Source: Lama guanicoe (taxonomy: Eukaryota). From it: a stretch of 35,931 nt of DNA. The translations under genes and the position numbers were made by a program. The DNA lies in assembly GCA_013239625.1 (NCBI GenBank), contig MU054187.1, positions 16,818,941-16,854,871 of the forward strand. Reading direction: 5' to 3'. The notes below the pieces were generated by a model. It had not been told where the DNA came from and did not search any database. It was given only the letters and a program-made list of their open reading frames with translations. Below are positions 12,268 through 23,680 of this stretch, piece by piece. How positions within the stretch are numbered: position 1 is the stretch's first letter; each line of letters begins with the position of its first letter.

Positions 12268-13899
12268 GTGAGCTACAGAAGTAAAGTGCCCATCCAGAGG
12301 AACACGAGAAAGACCTGCACCTGTAAACCAAGTTATACGGACAGGCCAAACGTCAGGGACTGTACTATGACATCATTAACTTCTGCGAACTACATAAATT
12401 AAGCTGATTATGCCTTCACTTAATTAACTGAGAATGACCTATTGATGTCTAGGCCGAGTTAGCTAGAGACTGCTTGCTGCACTGTATTTAATTTATTGGT
12501 TTTCAATTAGTTCTTCTCTGTGATTGTTCAGAAAAAAAAAATGTCCATTTACACCTATGTCCCATAGTATGTTTTTATGCACAGTGAGTTTATATTTAAA
12601 ATTTTATCCTGTGTAGTATTTTTCTTTGCCAACATCTCTTAGGTTGATTTGAGTAATTTTTTTTTCTCGTTGTTACACATAAGTTGGTTTCTGGAGTGAA
12701 ATACATAAGCAGATTAATTCAACTTGGTAGTGTCGTGATATTAAATTATCTTCATAAATGCTCTCCTACAGTCACTTCAAGAACTATCTGGTTTTAATTA
12801 CATTTTGGAAATTAATTTTTACCAAATATAGGGTTAAACTATATTTTTTGTGGAGCAATGTCAGTGAAGAAAGTTCTTAGGTAAACATTCATTTTTTATA
12901 ATTTTTTTAGAAACTTAATTTGAGAGATTTTATTAAAGTGGAAAGATTATAGCACGAATGGCCACTCTCAGTTTCTTGTGGTAAGTAGGACTAATGTATA
13001 TGAAAATACTTTCAGACAAAAGTTTATCCTTCAAATATTGATCTTTTATATACTAATTTTCTGAGGGCTGTTAAACCTCATTATAGTATCCTTTACTATG
13101 CACCTTTTATAATCCACTAATCAAAAATATTTATTGGATCATTCTTATGTTTTCAGTATCTATACATGAAGACATCTCACTAGAGGCTAGCAGTCCAATT
13201 TTAGGTATTATAATTATTTTAATTATTTACTATTGATAGTTATTGTAAGACAGTCAGTCAAAATATGGAAGTAAACCAAGTACAAAGAAAGTATGAAACC
13301 TTGCTTTGGTAATTAGCTTTATCTCTCCCAAATTCAAGTCTTTATCTGAGAATAGAGTTAATAATGAAACTTGGGACTCAGGACTCCTTTGAGGTCCTTG
13401 CTTATTCTTCTATACATGTGGTTGAAGTATTTCTCGTTCTGGAAGTTCAGAAGAGAGAGATTTCTGTGGATTGGAGTAGTCAGGGATTGATTAAAAGTGT
13501 AATTGCTCTTACAAGACATACATGAGTAACATTACAGTTGATAATCCACTTTAAAATTTATGTGTAATTTAATTAGCAAGGTATGAGCTTGTGGGCATAT
13601 GAGGCTTTAACAGTCTCATTATTTGTGAATAACAGGAAGCTCATAAAGAGCTGTAGTAATGTGTGCATCACAAGTGTAAATCTCATACCTGGGCCCATAC
13701 GCCAGCATTGGAAGAGTAATTCAGCAGCTGTGTTCAAAGAGGCACTGCTGTTTTCCACATATTTATATATGTGTAATGACTTTCACTGAAGATTTGACCA
13801 GCCTACTTAAACTCATAGCTATATTTTCCTGAATTTTAGGAGAGAAACTGATTGCTATTGCAGAATTTGGGAATTAGGGAATCACAAATCACTGGAATC

Positions 13900-14870
13900 T
13901 CGTTTGGAAATATCAAATGACTACAGTCCCTTGAATGGCTAATGTAGATTTATGTGAGAAAGTAGTAGGAGATAAAGCTTATGTTTTGGGAAGAGTAGCT
14001 CGGAAACTCACTTTTAGTTTTGTAATATGAGATTTATATTGGACACCAAATTGGAGAGGTTTTATATGGACCTGTGTGTGTGTGTGTTTGTGTGCGCATG
14101 CTTGCGTGTTTGTGTATGACTGAAGTGTTCAGGGGAAAGTTTTGAACCAGAAGTGTAAATGAGGAAATTATTAGCATAGAAATTGTATTAAAGTCAAGAG
14201 GAAAAAATAAGTAAATGCTAAGAGAACAGAGAAGAAAATCAGAGAAGCCTCGTTGGTGTTCCAACATTAAGAGGTCAAGGATATGAGAAACCAAGAAAGA
14301 AACTGAACATCCAGCAATGTCATAAAAAATCTAAAAGAGTTGGGAGCTTCAGAAGCAAGTGAAGAAGGAGTTTCAAGGAAAGAGAAGTGATCACCTGCAT
14401 TAAATTCTGCTTATGGTCAGTAAGATGAGAACTAAAAATTGACTGTTGAACTTAGCTCTGGTCATTGGCTATCTTGCCAAAAGCAGTTTTAGTGTCTTGG
14501 TGGGTGCGCACAGTTATCCTGATTGTAACGATCAGCGTAGCAGAGAAAATGATAATGCAGGAAGTAGGGAGGATAATCATTGGGACACTATCTTGAGAAT
14601 GTGAGAGCTGATAGAATCTACTGGAAGAAATGGAAAGTTTGAAATTTGGATTTAGGAGAATGGGCAAGTCTTCCATAGCAGTATGAAAGAAGGTTGCGTG
14701 TACAGGCATAGGCGAAAATAGATGAGTATGCTGGATTTGAGCTATTTTTCCAGCGAAGGAAGAATTCTGGTCATCAGTTCAGTGTAAGGATGGGGAAGGA
14801 AGTATTGTAGGATTGAGGAGTGAGAATAAGGAATGAGATCTTTTTCTGGGACAATAAAGGAAGAAATTGG
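13900..14870 (-). mobile_element. LINE-2 RT-region fossil
   Basis: Minus ORFs contain HQDTKTAFGKIAND (cf. HSTETALVKVTND). The 14150-14280 DNA matches the antisense GVPQGS...HGFKYHLYADD region. A (TG)n repeat lies at about 14073-14095. Confidence 0.85.
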
Positions 14871-15029
14871 CCATAAAAAATTAAGTCAGAGTACTTAGAA
14901 TACTCAGGTCTATTCTAATTGAAAATTTACCTGACCCAAATTTTCTCAGATCAGCACGTGTATCATTTCTACCAACTAACGTTCTGTACTGAAACTGTGT
15001 GCCCAGTTTCTGTCTGTTCAGTGGGTTAC

Positions 15030-15141
15030 AAGCTGCCCAAATGCAAGATGTATATTTGATTCATTTTTATAGTCACAACATCCAAATGCAGTCCTTTGAA
15101 TGATATGTGAAATTAAGAAATGTTTGACAGATGAATGAATA
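15030..15141 (+). mobile_element. LINE-2 3' end
   Basis: ...aagaaatgtttgacagatgaatgaat tail with L2-like sequence upstream. Confidence 0.55.
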
Positions 15142-15504
15142 ATTTATGTGATACATTGTATGTTGTGCTAAAGACATATAAACAGTCAAAAATATGTTAT
15201 TTATATTTGGGAAGTTTGCCGCTAAATGTTATTTCATATTTAAATTAAACATTCACTCCTTGATCTTGGTTCCAGTCATTGCTTTAACTCTAGGTGCATT
15301 GCTGAGTTAATCATTCTCCTTAGTTCATGACACATTATCACCATTGGCCTCCCTTAGTTTTGTAATTTTTACTTAATTTTTAAATAGAAAATTATTTTCA
15401 TTTCCATAAACAATGAGTGAGAATATGGCTTGCCAGCAAAGGCTGTGATAAGTCTTTAGGCTTTTGACAATCTTGTTGACAAAAATGGTATCTCTCTATA
15501 CTCA

Positions 15505-15750
15505 TTACAGTTTTAATTTTAATTTCTATGAGCTAGATGAAATTGAACATCTATCTATATGTTTAAAGGCCATTTACATTTTTTTTCTGTGAATCACCTG
15601 TTCATAACTGATCATGTCAATACTATGGTCACTTGGTCTCTCAACATCCTTTTCTCCACTGAGGAAGTCTTGCATCTTAAATTTCCAAGAAATGCAAACC
15701 TTTGCATAATCTCAGATTTATTCATGACTTTCTATTCTTCTAGTAAGATT
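15505..15750 (-). mobile_element. Old L1 (L1ME-like) ORF2 3' fragment
   Basis: gatgaaattgaacatctatctatatgtttaaaggccatttacatttttttctgtgaatcacctgttcata matches antisense L1M. Confidence 0.65.
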
Positions 15751-17389
15751 TATTTTGGATATTCCCATTGCTTGCAACTACTTGCATTAGTTTATTCTAT
15801 ATAAGAAACCCTGTAACCTCATTATTTACACATTTACTAAAGCAGCTGAATATTTATGTTTTCTCTTCCATCTAATATTACTTTTGTGGACAGATTTTTC
15901 TGAAGGTTCTAAGGTTCTTGATATTTTTTTCCTTACGTTGAAGGTTTAATTTGACACGTCTCTGTGGGTTAGCATCCCTTTACTATGAAGTATGGGCAAC
16001 CTGCCACCGGGAACAACCAACCAGCCTCGCAAACAGAATAATTGGTACCATTCTTTTCACATACACAAAAGTAAGTTAAAACAGAATGGTGCTTTTATCA
16101 TCAATTGATTCTTAGAAGTCCTTTCTTGATATTTCAGCCCCAAGGCTTATATCAAAGTTGTTTCCTTCAATGTGGAAACTTCAAGCTTCCAATTCAGCAG
16201 TCCGCAGACCCAGAGCATCAAAGCAGACCTGCCCTGTGATCCACGGCTAAGCACTTACTTTCTTGAAGTGATGCTCAGTGCTCTGATGCAGCACCGAGAT
16301 CTGAGGGTGCTGTTATGAGACGATAAATTAGGGAACCAGACGACTACACCCTTTGGCCTCCACTGAGATCTTCGTGAGCGGGAGCACTTGTCTCCAATTC
16401 CTCTCTGACCTGTCACTGCTTCCGTACGGTGGCCACGGCTCAGGTTTCTCACTTGACCTACACACAGTTCCTGAGAGGTTGACGTGTGCGAGGAGCCCGA
16501 CTGCTTCCTACTATGGTTGTTGAGAATCCCTGTAAACCAGAGGGTCTCTACAACTGTGCATTATCTTCTCTTAGCTGCTGTTTTATTTCCTGCTGGAACT
16601 CACATTCTTTTCGATTACACTGACCTCTAAAATGGCAACTTCCTTATTTAACAATTCTGCGGTAGTTTCCCCTTTCCTTACTTAGAGAAGTCATGATTTT
16701 AAAAGCATCGTCATCATGAACATCCTCTGCGTTCTTTTACTCTAATTGGAATTTAAACAAGAGGAAAAGCCAAATGATGTATAATTTATTAATATCGCCT
16801 GCACATCAAATTTCCATCATTTTTTTCCAGTGTTTTCCTCATGCCCTATGTGTTCTATGTGTGCTCATTTACCACCGTGTGATACAGAATAGAAGCTCAA
16901 TTAGTCACTCCACTGTTCTGCCTGACAAAAGATGTAAAACATGCACACAGGGAGGTGGAAGTGTTAGATCTTTGTCGTCGTAAATGCATTAATTAATACT
17001 GGGGTGGGGGGGAGGTGGAGGGGAGACCATCCCAGAGACAATTTTCTAGTTGGTCTAATTGTGTCAGTTACCCTGATGACTGTCGTAAATCCATTACTTC
17101 CTCTTTATCCCCCTACGTGTTTCAGATCTTCAGCATCTCTCTCTGGTGCCTCAGCAACACTCTCTCTCTCTCCTGTTAGTCTCATCCTCTTTTACCCATC
17201 CTTCTGTGGCTAGACTGGCCTTAAAACATCCACACATATGCACACACAGGAATCGAGCCATATTATTATGCTCGATAATATTACACCTTTATTACCTTTC
17301 TTATGATTGTCAGCTCTATGAGTGTAAATTTTATTTTATCTAATCTCTAATGTTTCATATTTATTATCACACATTCTATTTTTTCTCTT

Positions 17390-17492
17390 AAAATAATCAC
17401 AAGACTTTAGTTAAAAAAAGAAAAAAAAGAAAAAGAATAAAACAAAATAAAATAAAATAAAATAAAACAAAACAAAATAATCACAAGACTTT
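17390..17492 (+). mobile_element. Solo poly(A)-derived retroinsertion with a 19-bp TSD
   Basis: AAAATAATCACAAGACTTT occurs at 17390-17408 and 17474-17492 around an A-rich insert. The left junction is tt|aaaa, the L1 endonuclease consensus. Confidence 0.85.
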
Positions 17493-18336
17493 TTTCCTGT
17501 TAATCTACAGATTCTACTTTTTTTTTTTTAGAATTCTGGTCCTATATTTATAAAAGATTCTGATATAATGTTATATATTTCAAAATTAAAATGAATACTT
17601 TGCTTATTATTATAAATGTTATGCTATGTTAAATGTTATAAGCACTCAATAATCATTTGCTAATTCCAAATATTAGTTTTCAAGGAATTTTAAATACATC
17701 TAAGGAATTTTTAAAATTTAATTGCAGAGCTAAAAACTCACTAGTTTAAAAAGTTAACTCTATTTAATATCAGTTTTTATTTCAATTACAGAAATCTTTG
17801 TTTTTTGAAAGTATTTATTTAGTTATTTTTAAGTGGGTGGGTTACTTTCCCATTATATATGAAAAGTTTAACCTTCTCAAATGTTTTGTGTTTCAACTCA
17901 GCAATTCTTGAGCTGCTTAAATTTTAACTCAACAAGTATATAATACAGAAGACAAATGCATAAATCAGCAGCAATTTTAAAAGATAAAGATTGGTATTGT
18001 CTCTGTGATGATCAAATGAATGGAAGCCGTTGATGGCAATGACAGCGTTGTGGTTTTGAACTGGCTCATCTCTAGCTCCTCTGTTTGCCTCTTGCTTTTA
18101 AAATTACTCCTGAAACAAGTACAATGGCAAGCTAATTTTCTACATTCATTTGCATAATTGCCATCATAACTTCTTTGACACCTTCCATCAATTTACAATG
18201 AAAAGCTCAGAATGTTTCTACACAATTATTGTTTTTTACATTGTTTCTAAATAACTATTGTAAGGGTTGATGATTTCAGGCCTTATCCTTATAAATATTA
18301 ACCTAGAATAGAGCAAACAGGTGTCTTCTAATAATA

Positions 18337-18396
18337 TGAACACTTAGAATAAAGAGGGAAGTAATTTGAACACTTAGTATAAAGAGAGAAATTTAT
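18337..18396. repeat. 30-bp tandem duplication
   Basis: tgaacacttagaataaagagggaagtaatt followed by tgaacacttagtataaagagagaaatttat. Confidence 0.9.
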
Positions 18397-19147
18397 TTTA
18401 GAAATTCATGATGCCATGTTTTAAGTAGATACTGGAATATAAATAAGATTAGAGAACATACATACTAAATAAAAGTAGATATCTTTGGCTATACTTTTAT
18501 GAAAGATTCGAAATACTTTGGAATTAAAATAAAAAAGAATGAAAGATTCAAAACACACATTGTCAGTGTTGACCAAATGCTGGTACACTGACTTCACCAT
18601 ATCTTCACAAAAACCTTACGCTTTGGGCACAGTTAGGCAGTTGGTTTAATCAAAGTTTGGATAGATAGTATATTTTTTAAGTTCACCGTTAGAATTTCTA
18701 TAAGTTCATTGATTTTAGTTAAAAGGTTGTGTAGGGAGATGACTAATGGTATAGATTCAGACAAAACTCTGATGAAAAATAATTACCAGACACAACATTG
18801 GAAAACGAAATTTCTGTTAGATTTTTAAATACAAATATTGTAGAGAAATCAAATAAATTCATATAATATATGGTATATAGTCAATAAAAGATGAACCTTT
18901 TAAACTATTTATTTAATACATATTTAAATAAATTCATTTAGATTCTTCCAACATTTAACATATATGTAAAAACAAATGTAAAAACATTGTTTCAGTATTT
19001 GTTATGCAAGACAAACAGCAAAATTCAATTTCTCAGATGCATTTTGAATCAAATTATTTGGTTTATGATATTTTCTATTTCCCTAATATTTAACCTGCTT
19101 AATTTATGGAAAAGTATACACCTCTCTATTGAAAAATCCAATTAGAA

Positions 19148-19285
19148 TACTAATGTCTATCATGTGCCTGTTATCTGATTAATATATATTTTATCTAATT
19201 CTCACAAAACACTGTGAGGTTATTATTAGATCCATTTAAATATGAGAAGACTTAGAGTCAGAGATATTAGCTAACTCCCTAACTC
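19148..19285 (-). mobile_element. MIR SINE
   Basis: taattctcacaaaacactgtgaggttattattagatccatttaaatatgagaagacttagagtcagagatatt. Confidence 0.8.
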
Positions 19286-19544
19286 TCTGAAAATGATTCC
19301 TAGAACACGACGAGTCCACGAGGTAAGCCAGATTGTTTCTCTCCACACCCTTGCGGTTTCCATTGCACCACACCCCCTCTCACTTCTCAGCAGTCAGCAT
19401 TACTTAGGAAATATATATTTACATCTCAGTGGAATAGTGACAAGACAGAAATACATAGTTGAAATTGAGATGCAGTAGCACAATTAGGCAAGCAAATCTG
19501 GAGAAAGAGTGTGCATTTCAAAATAGATAATCAAAGCAAGAATA

Positions 19545-20140
19545 ACACTTACTCATTACCTTCCCACAACTTATATAAAGAAATCAAATCTCCCAGTGCC
19601 ATATTTTGGATTGGGGCAGTTTCCTCTAGTTTATAGTATATACTATATAATATACATACTGGCTTTTTCCCAAACTAATATTCATGGGTTCAACTATCAA
19701 CAGACATTAATGATGTAGCTTTTCTCAATATTACCCCAATGATCCACAAAATTTTGCTTCCTACCCCCCGAAGTTTAGACTCTTTTAATCGAATGGTTTT
19801 AGTTTCCAAAGTTGGAATACTTCCACTAAGCGACAGACAAAGGGTTACTTTAAACTGCAAGCTGAGATTGTCACTTGGCTCTTTTGGGCTCTGGGTCTGG
19901 GTGCCAACAACTTACCAGGCAAAGTAGTGAGTTTGTACTGGTTTGGCGACTGATTGTGAATTTCAGGAGGGACTTGGGTTACTGCTACCTAATGTGAATG
20001 GAAAGAGGGTTATGTCTGGAGCTCAGAAGATTCCCTGAGATGCCTCTTAGTTCTCCCACAGCCTGTGAATCAAGTCAACAGAGAACTACAGCCCAGTGCC
20101 AGCAGGACTGAACTCATTCAGCAACTCAGTTCAGAGATGA
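19545..20140 (+). mobile_element. ERVL internal fragment: integrase C-terminus plus dUTPase remnant
   Basis: ORF 19739-19927 KILLPTPRSLDSFNRMVLVSKVGILPLSDRQRVTLNCKLRLSLGSFGL...QAK aligns by eye to ERVL KFLLPVPATLCSAGLEVLVPEGGMLPPGDTTMIPLNWKLRLPPGHFGLL...QAK. Downstream tatgtctggagctcagaagattccctgagatgcctcttagttctccca continues the consensus. Confidence 0.85.
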
Positions 20141-20227
20141 TTTTGGGCCTTTAAATGTGATAAGCACGGCTGAGTAAGAAAGTTGGTCATGAAATAGAAA
20201 TGATAAAAATTAATAAGAATTAATAAG

Positions 20228-20420
20228 AAATAATAATGATATCAATACACAGCACTCACTACATGCTTTCAAGCCCTATTTCAGTAGTTTTATAGACATT
20301 ACCTCATTTAATCCTCACACCTTTGTTAATCAGATACCATCATTATCCTCTTTGTACAAAGGAGGAAACTGAAACACCAAGAAACGAAGAGCATAAATAA
20401 TATGCCCAAGAACTCATGCA
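20228..20420 (-). mobile_element. MIR SINE, cut at its right end by the Tigger2 insertion
   Basis: cattacctcatttaatcctcac...cattatcctctttgtacaaaggaggaaactgaaac...tgcccaagaactca. Confidence 0.9.
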
Positions 20421-20423
20421 GCA

Positions 20424-21330
20424 CAACTGACCCTTGAATACCCCGGGGGTTAAGGATGCTGATTCCCAGTCAGTTGAAAAATCCATGCGTAACTTTTGAG
20501 TCCCCAAAAACTTAACTGCTAATGACCTACTGTTGACCAGAAGCCTTACTGAGAGTCAATGAACACATATTGTGTAGTTATTTTTTATATACTGTATTCT
20601 TACAATAAAGTAAACTAGAGAAAAGGAAATGTTATTAAGAAAATCATAAGAAAGAGAAAATACATTTACAGTACTGGACTACACGTATTAGTACCAGAGG
20701 TTTACATCACCTGTTTACAAGTTGACTCATCTGTCAGTACAATATAAGTATCGTATGCCATCTTATATGATACAAAACCCTACAGATGTTATATGTATTA
20801 CTAACACTAGACATAAGACACGAAAAGATAATGTGCCAAAGAAATTCACATTTACTTACATGGGTATAACGAGTCTTGTATTGATAACAAAGGAGCAGCA
20901 ATAATTGCGTCAAGGTAGCCTAGCCTAGAGTAACAGATGAATCATTATAAAAATTTTATGGCATATTCATAATACCATGTTGGAAACACTGTTACATTTT
21001 TTAAAAAGCACTTATCTGTGATGATAGGCTGATATACAGTTTCTTCAATTACGAGACACACATACTGTACAGTAATGGAGTTCTACGAAAGCAAAGTTAG
21101 TAAGAAAAGTAACACGTTTACTCACTTATGCCTATACAAGGACAGTATTGCTACACGTTATGCACTTACATGTTTTCCTTAAATTTTTTTTGATATTTCT
21201 GGGCTACACGGTTTGTCTGTGAATTTTTTCAAATTATTACAAATCTCCAAAAGTTTCTCCAATGTGTTTATTGATTTTAATCCGCATAGAAGTGGACCCG
21301 CAGAAACCCGTATTCTTCAAAGGTCAACTG
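20424..21330 (-). mobile_element. Tigger2-family non-autonomous DNA transposon (TcMar-Tigger), 907 bp, both TIRs present
   Basis: Left TIR caactgacccttgaa and right TIR ttcaaaggtcaactg. Flanks are CA (mutated TA) and TA. Subterminal sequences match the recalled Tigger2/MER8 ends (aacttttgagtccccaaaaacttaact; aagtggacccgcag). Confidence 0.92.
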
Positions 21331-21347
21331 TATACAGTAGAGATCTT

Positions 21348-21359
21348 ATTCTATCTATT

Positions 21360-21423
<64 letters not shown>

Positions 21424-21495
21424 GTCTATCCATCCATCCATCCATCCATCCATCCATCCATCCATCTCTCTACCTATGAACTATCCATCTATCAT
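21348..21495. repeat. Compound tetranucleotide microsatellite (TATC)~15 TGTC TATC (CATC)~9
   Basis: Read directly from the sequence. Confidence 0.97.
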
Positions 21496-22139
21496 CGATT
21501 TTAATTAACATTATACAATTCGAATATGAGTCAAACATGCAGCAAGGGTTTGGAAGTCCTCAGGATGAGCAGCAACATATATAAAGTTAGGGTCAATAGT
21601 TTAGTACTTTATACTCTATAGGAAACTTGTATTAAATTCCCGTGGCTGATATGAATGTATTTGCAAGACTTTTGATCTCCAGAAGAAAATGGAGCCTTTG
21701 TTTACATTTTAACGCTGTGGGACTTTCAAATACTTCAGAGAGAATATTCCAGGCCCCAGATTGAGACTAATGACCATCCCCTACATCTTAGTTAAAACTG
21801 TCTTCCATTTTCTGTAACCTTCTTGTGGAGTCTAGTTTGATTAATAGTCATAGTTACTATTTAAAAAAAGAAATTAGAAATAACTTCAGTAAGTTAGCTT
21901 ATGGTGCAATTTTTTTGCCTTTCTTTTATTTAATCTTGCTTTCAGATATAGTAATATGAAAATGGGGCAGAAGATATAAAGTAAATGAATCACCATGAAA
22001 AGGAGAGAACCAATTTCTATGAGTAGTGACCAACACATAATTTGTGTAGCAGTAAGAAGATAAAGTAATTTTAAAGATTAATCAGAGGAATTTTCATTTA
22101 AACAAATTTCTTAACACCAAATTGTGAACATAACAATCG

Positions 22140-22390
22140 TATCTTAGAAGTGTCTTTTGCATTACAGTTTTTATTATGCATCTGTATGATAATGATTTTT
22201 TTTTTTTAATTTTGATTTTGAAGCCCTCAGCTGTGAGACAAAGGGACTACAGGGGTTTTTGCACATTCCAACTGGGGAAATCCGGGCTTGGGGTAGTTAA
22301 AAAATTTGCTCAAGGTCACAGAGCTGGGTCTAAGAGCCAGAGCTTCGAAGTACCAAGTGTTTTTTTTTTTCCCGCAGCATTATTCACTGC
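22140..22390 (-). mobile_element. Degenerate MIR-family SINE
   Basis: ctggggaaatccgggcttggggtagttaaaaaatttgctcaaggtcacagagctggg...agagccagagcttcgaa. Confidence 0.7.
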
Positions 22391-22480
22391 TTCTCAATGG
22401 AAATTATGATACAGAAAAGGTGTACCGAAGGGAATACTGTCAAACTTAGTAGAAGCTAATTGAAGTGCAAAGCATTCTTT

Positions 22481-22574
22481 TCTTTTTATATCTGTTATTT
22501 ATTTATTTATTTATTTATTTATTTGTATTTTTTATTGAAGTATAGTCAGTTACAATGTGTCAATTTCTGGTACA
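22481..22574 (-). mobile_element. Very short L1 3' end of the same family as 1166-1360, with a (TTTA)n tail
   Basis: ttattgaagtatagtcagttacaatgtgtcaatttctggtacac is the reverse complement of the L1 terminus. Imperfect TSD caaagcattctt (22468) / caaagtattttt (22575). Confidence 0.9.
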
Positions 22575-22617
22575 CAAAGTATTTTTAATGTAAGACTTGA
22601 TAGCAATTTGTTTTCAG

Positions 22618-22630
22618 CAGCAAGTTACAG
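22618..22630 (+). other. Candidate 13-nt (or 10-nt) microexon with a NAGNAG acceptor
   Basis: tttgttttcag|cag|caagttacag|gtaatt. A second donor-like gtaagt lies at 22647. Confidence 0.45.
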
Positions 22631-22733
22631 GTAATTTTGTAGTTATGTAAGTGGCTTTTTATTTCTGCAATTGTTCTGTACTGACTGCTATTTTCTTGTT
22701 CTTTGCATTCTTTGTCATTTTTAATATCTTCAG

Positions 22734-23680
22734 TGATTTTGAAATATTTGGTGCCGGATCATTCCGCTGCAAATATGACCTGTCATTCCAACAAATGGAC
22801 TGATTGAATCTGTCACACTGGTGGGATTTATAGTAAATTCACCATAGCACAAGTAAAACCATTAGAAATTGCATTGGTTTAAATGACTGAATATAAGAGC
22901 CTTCTGATTCTATCAGCAAGATGGCTTATATTTTCCCTCCGAATGACCATGGAGAATCTTAAAATTACATCAGTTTTAATGTGCATATCTTGCTGGGTTG
23001 ATTTCTATTTCAGTACATGGCTTTGGCCTCTAAAAATCTCTATATTGAAATAATTTATAGGAAGGATTAGTGAAATCTTGTACTGTAAAGTGTTTTGTTT
23101 TGAAAACAATGGACATATATACACAGTATTTCTTTAAAATTTTAATTATGATATATATATATACACATACATACATTAATTTAAGTTCTCTTTGTTATAC
23201 ACATTAGAATTTTAAAAATCATTTATTTTAGCTTTCAGACTGCCCCACATTTGAAATTGAAAAAATTATTGCTATGAATCAAAAGAAACCACATCCTTGA
23301 GTAAGTTTTCAGGTATTTGATAATTTAGAAAGTAATTCAGTGATTTTCATTCTTGTCATTGTTCATACAATACTTGCTATTCCAAATAAAATACTTTGAG
23401 TTATTTTCACCTCTAAAATAAAAAAAAATGCAAGGTTAACTTTTCAGTTCTTAACACATTGTTTCCTCATAATAAAAGCATTTCATTATTTTATATAGAT
23501 CAAATATATTTTGTTTTATGTTATTTGCACACACTTGATCACCTGTATTTTTTTAGATTTTTTAAGGTTTAATATAGTCATGTTTCACAGTGCATTTTAC
23601 TTTGTTAACCTAACAGTTCAATTTGATACCATGCCTATCTGAATACTAAAACCATAATAAAAAAACCCCTCCATTTTAAT
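22734..23680 (+). other. Candidate terminal exon / 3' UTR
   Basis: Branch point tactgac (22679-22685), about 80 nt free of AG, pyrimidine tract and cttcag|. No strong donor nearby. Repeat-free AU-rich sequence follows, with AATAAA at 23385, 23417, 23471 and 23656. The 3' end is uncertain. Confidence 0.5.

Noticed and set aside
18005..18113. Second C/D box-like pair (GTGATGA...CTGA)
   Set aside because: No terminal stem and no recognisable guide.
21213..21504. ORFs with SIYL/SIHP repeats
   Set aside because: Translation of the (TATC)n/(CATC)n microsatellite.
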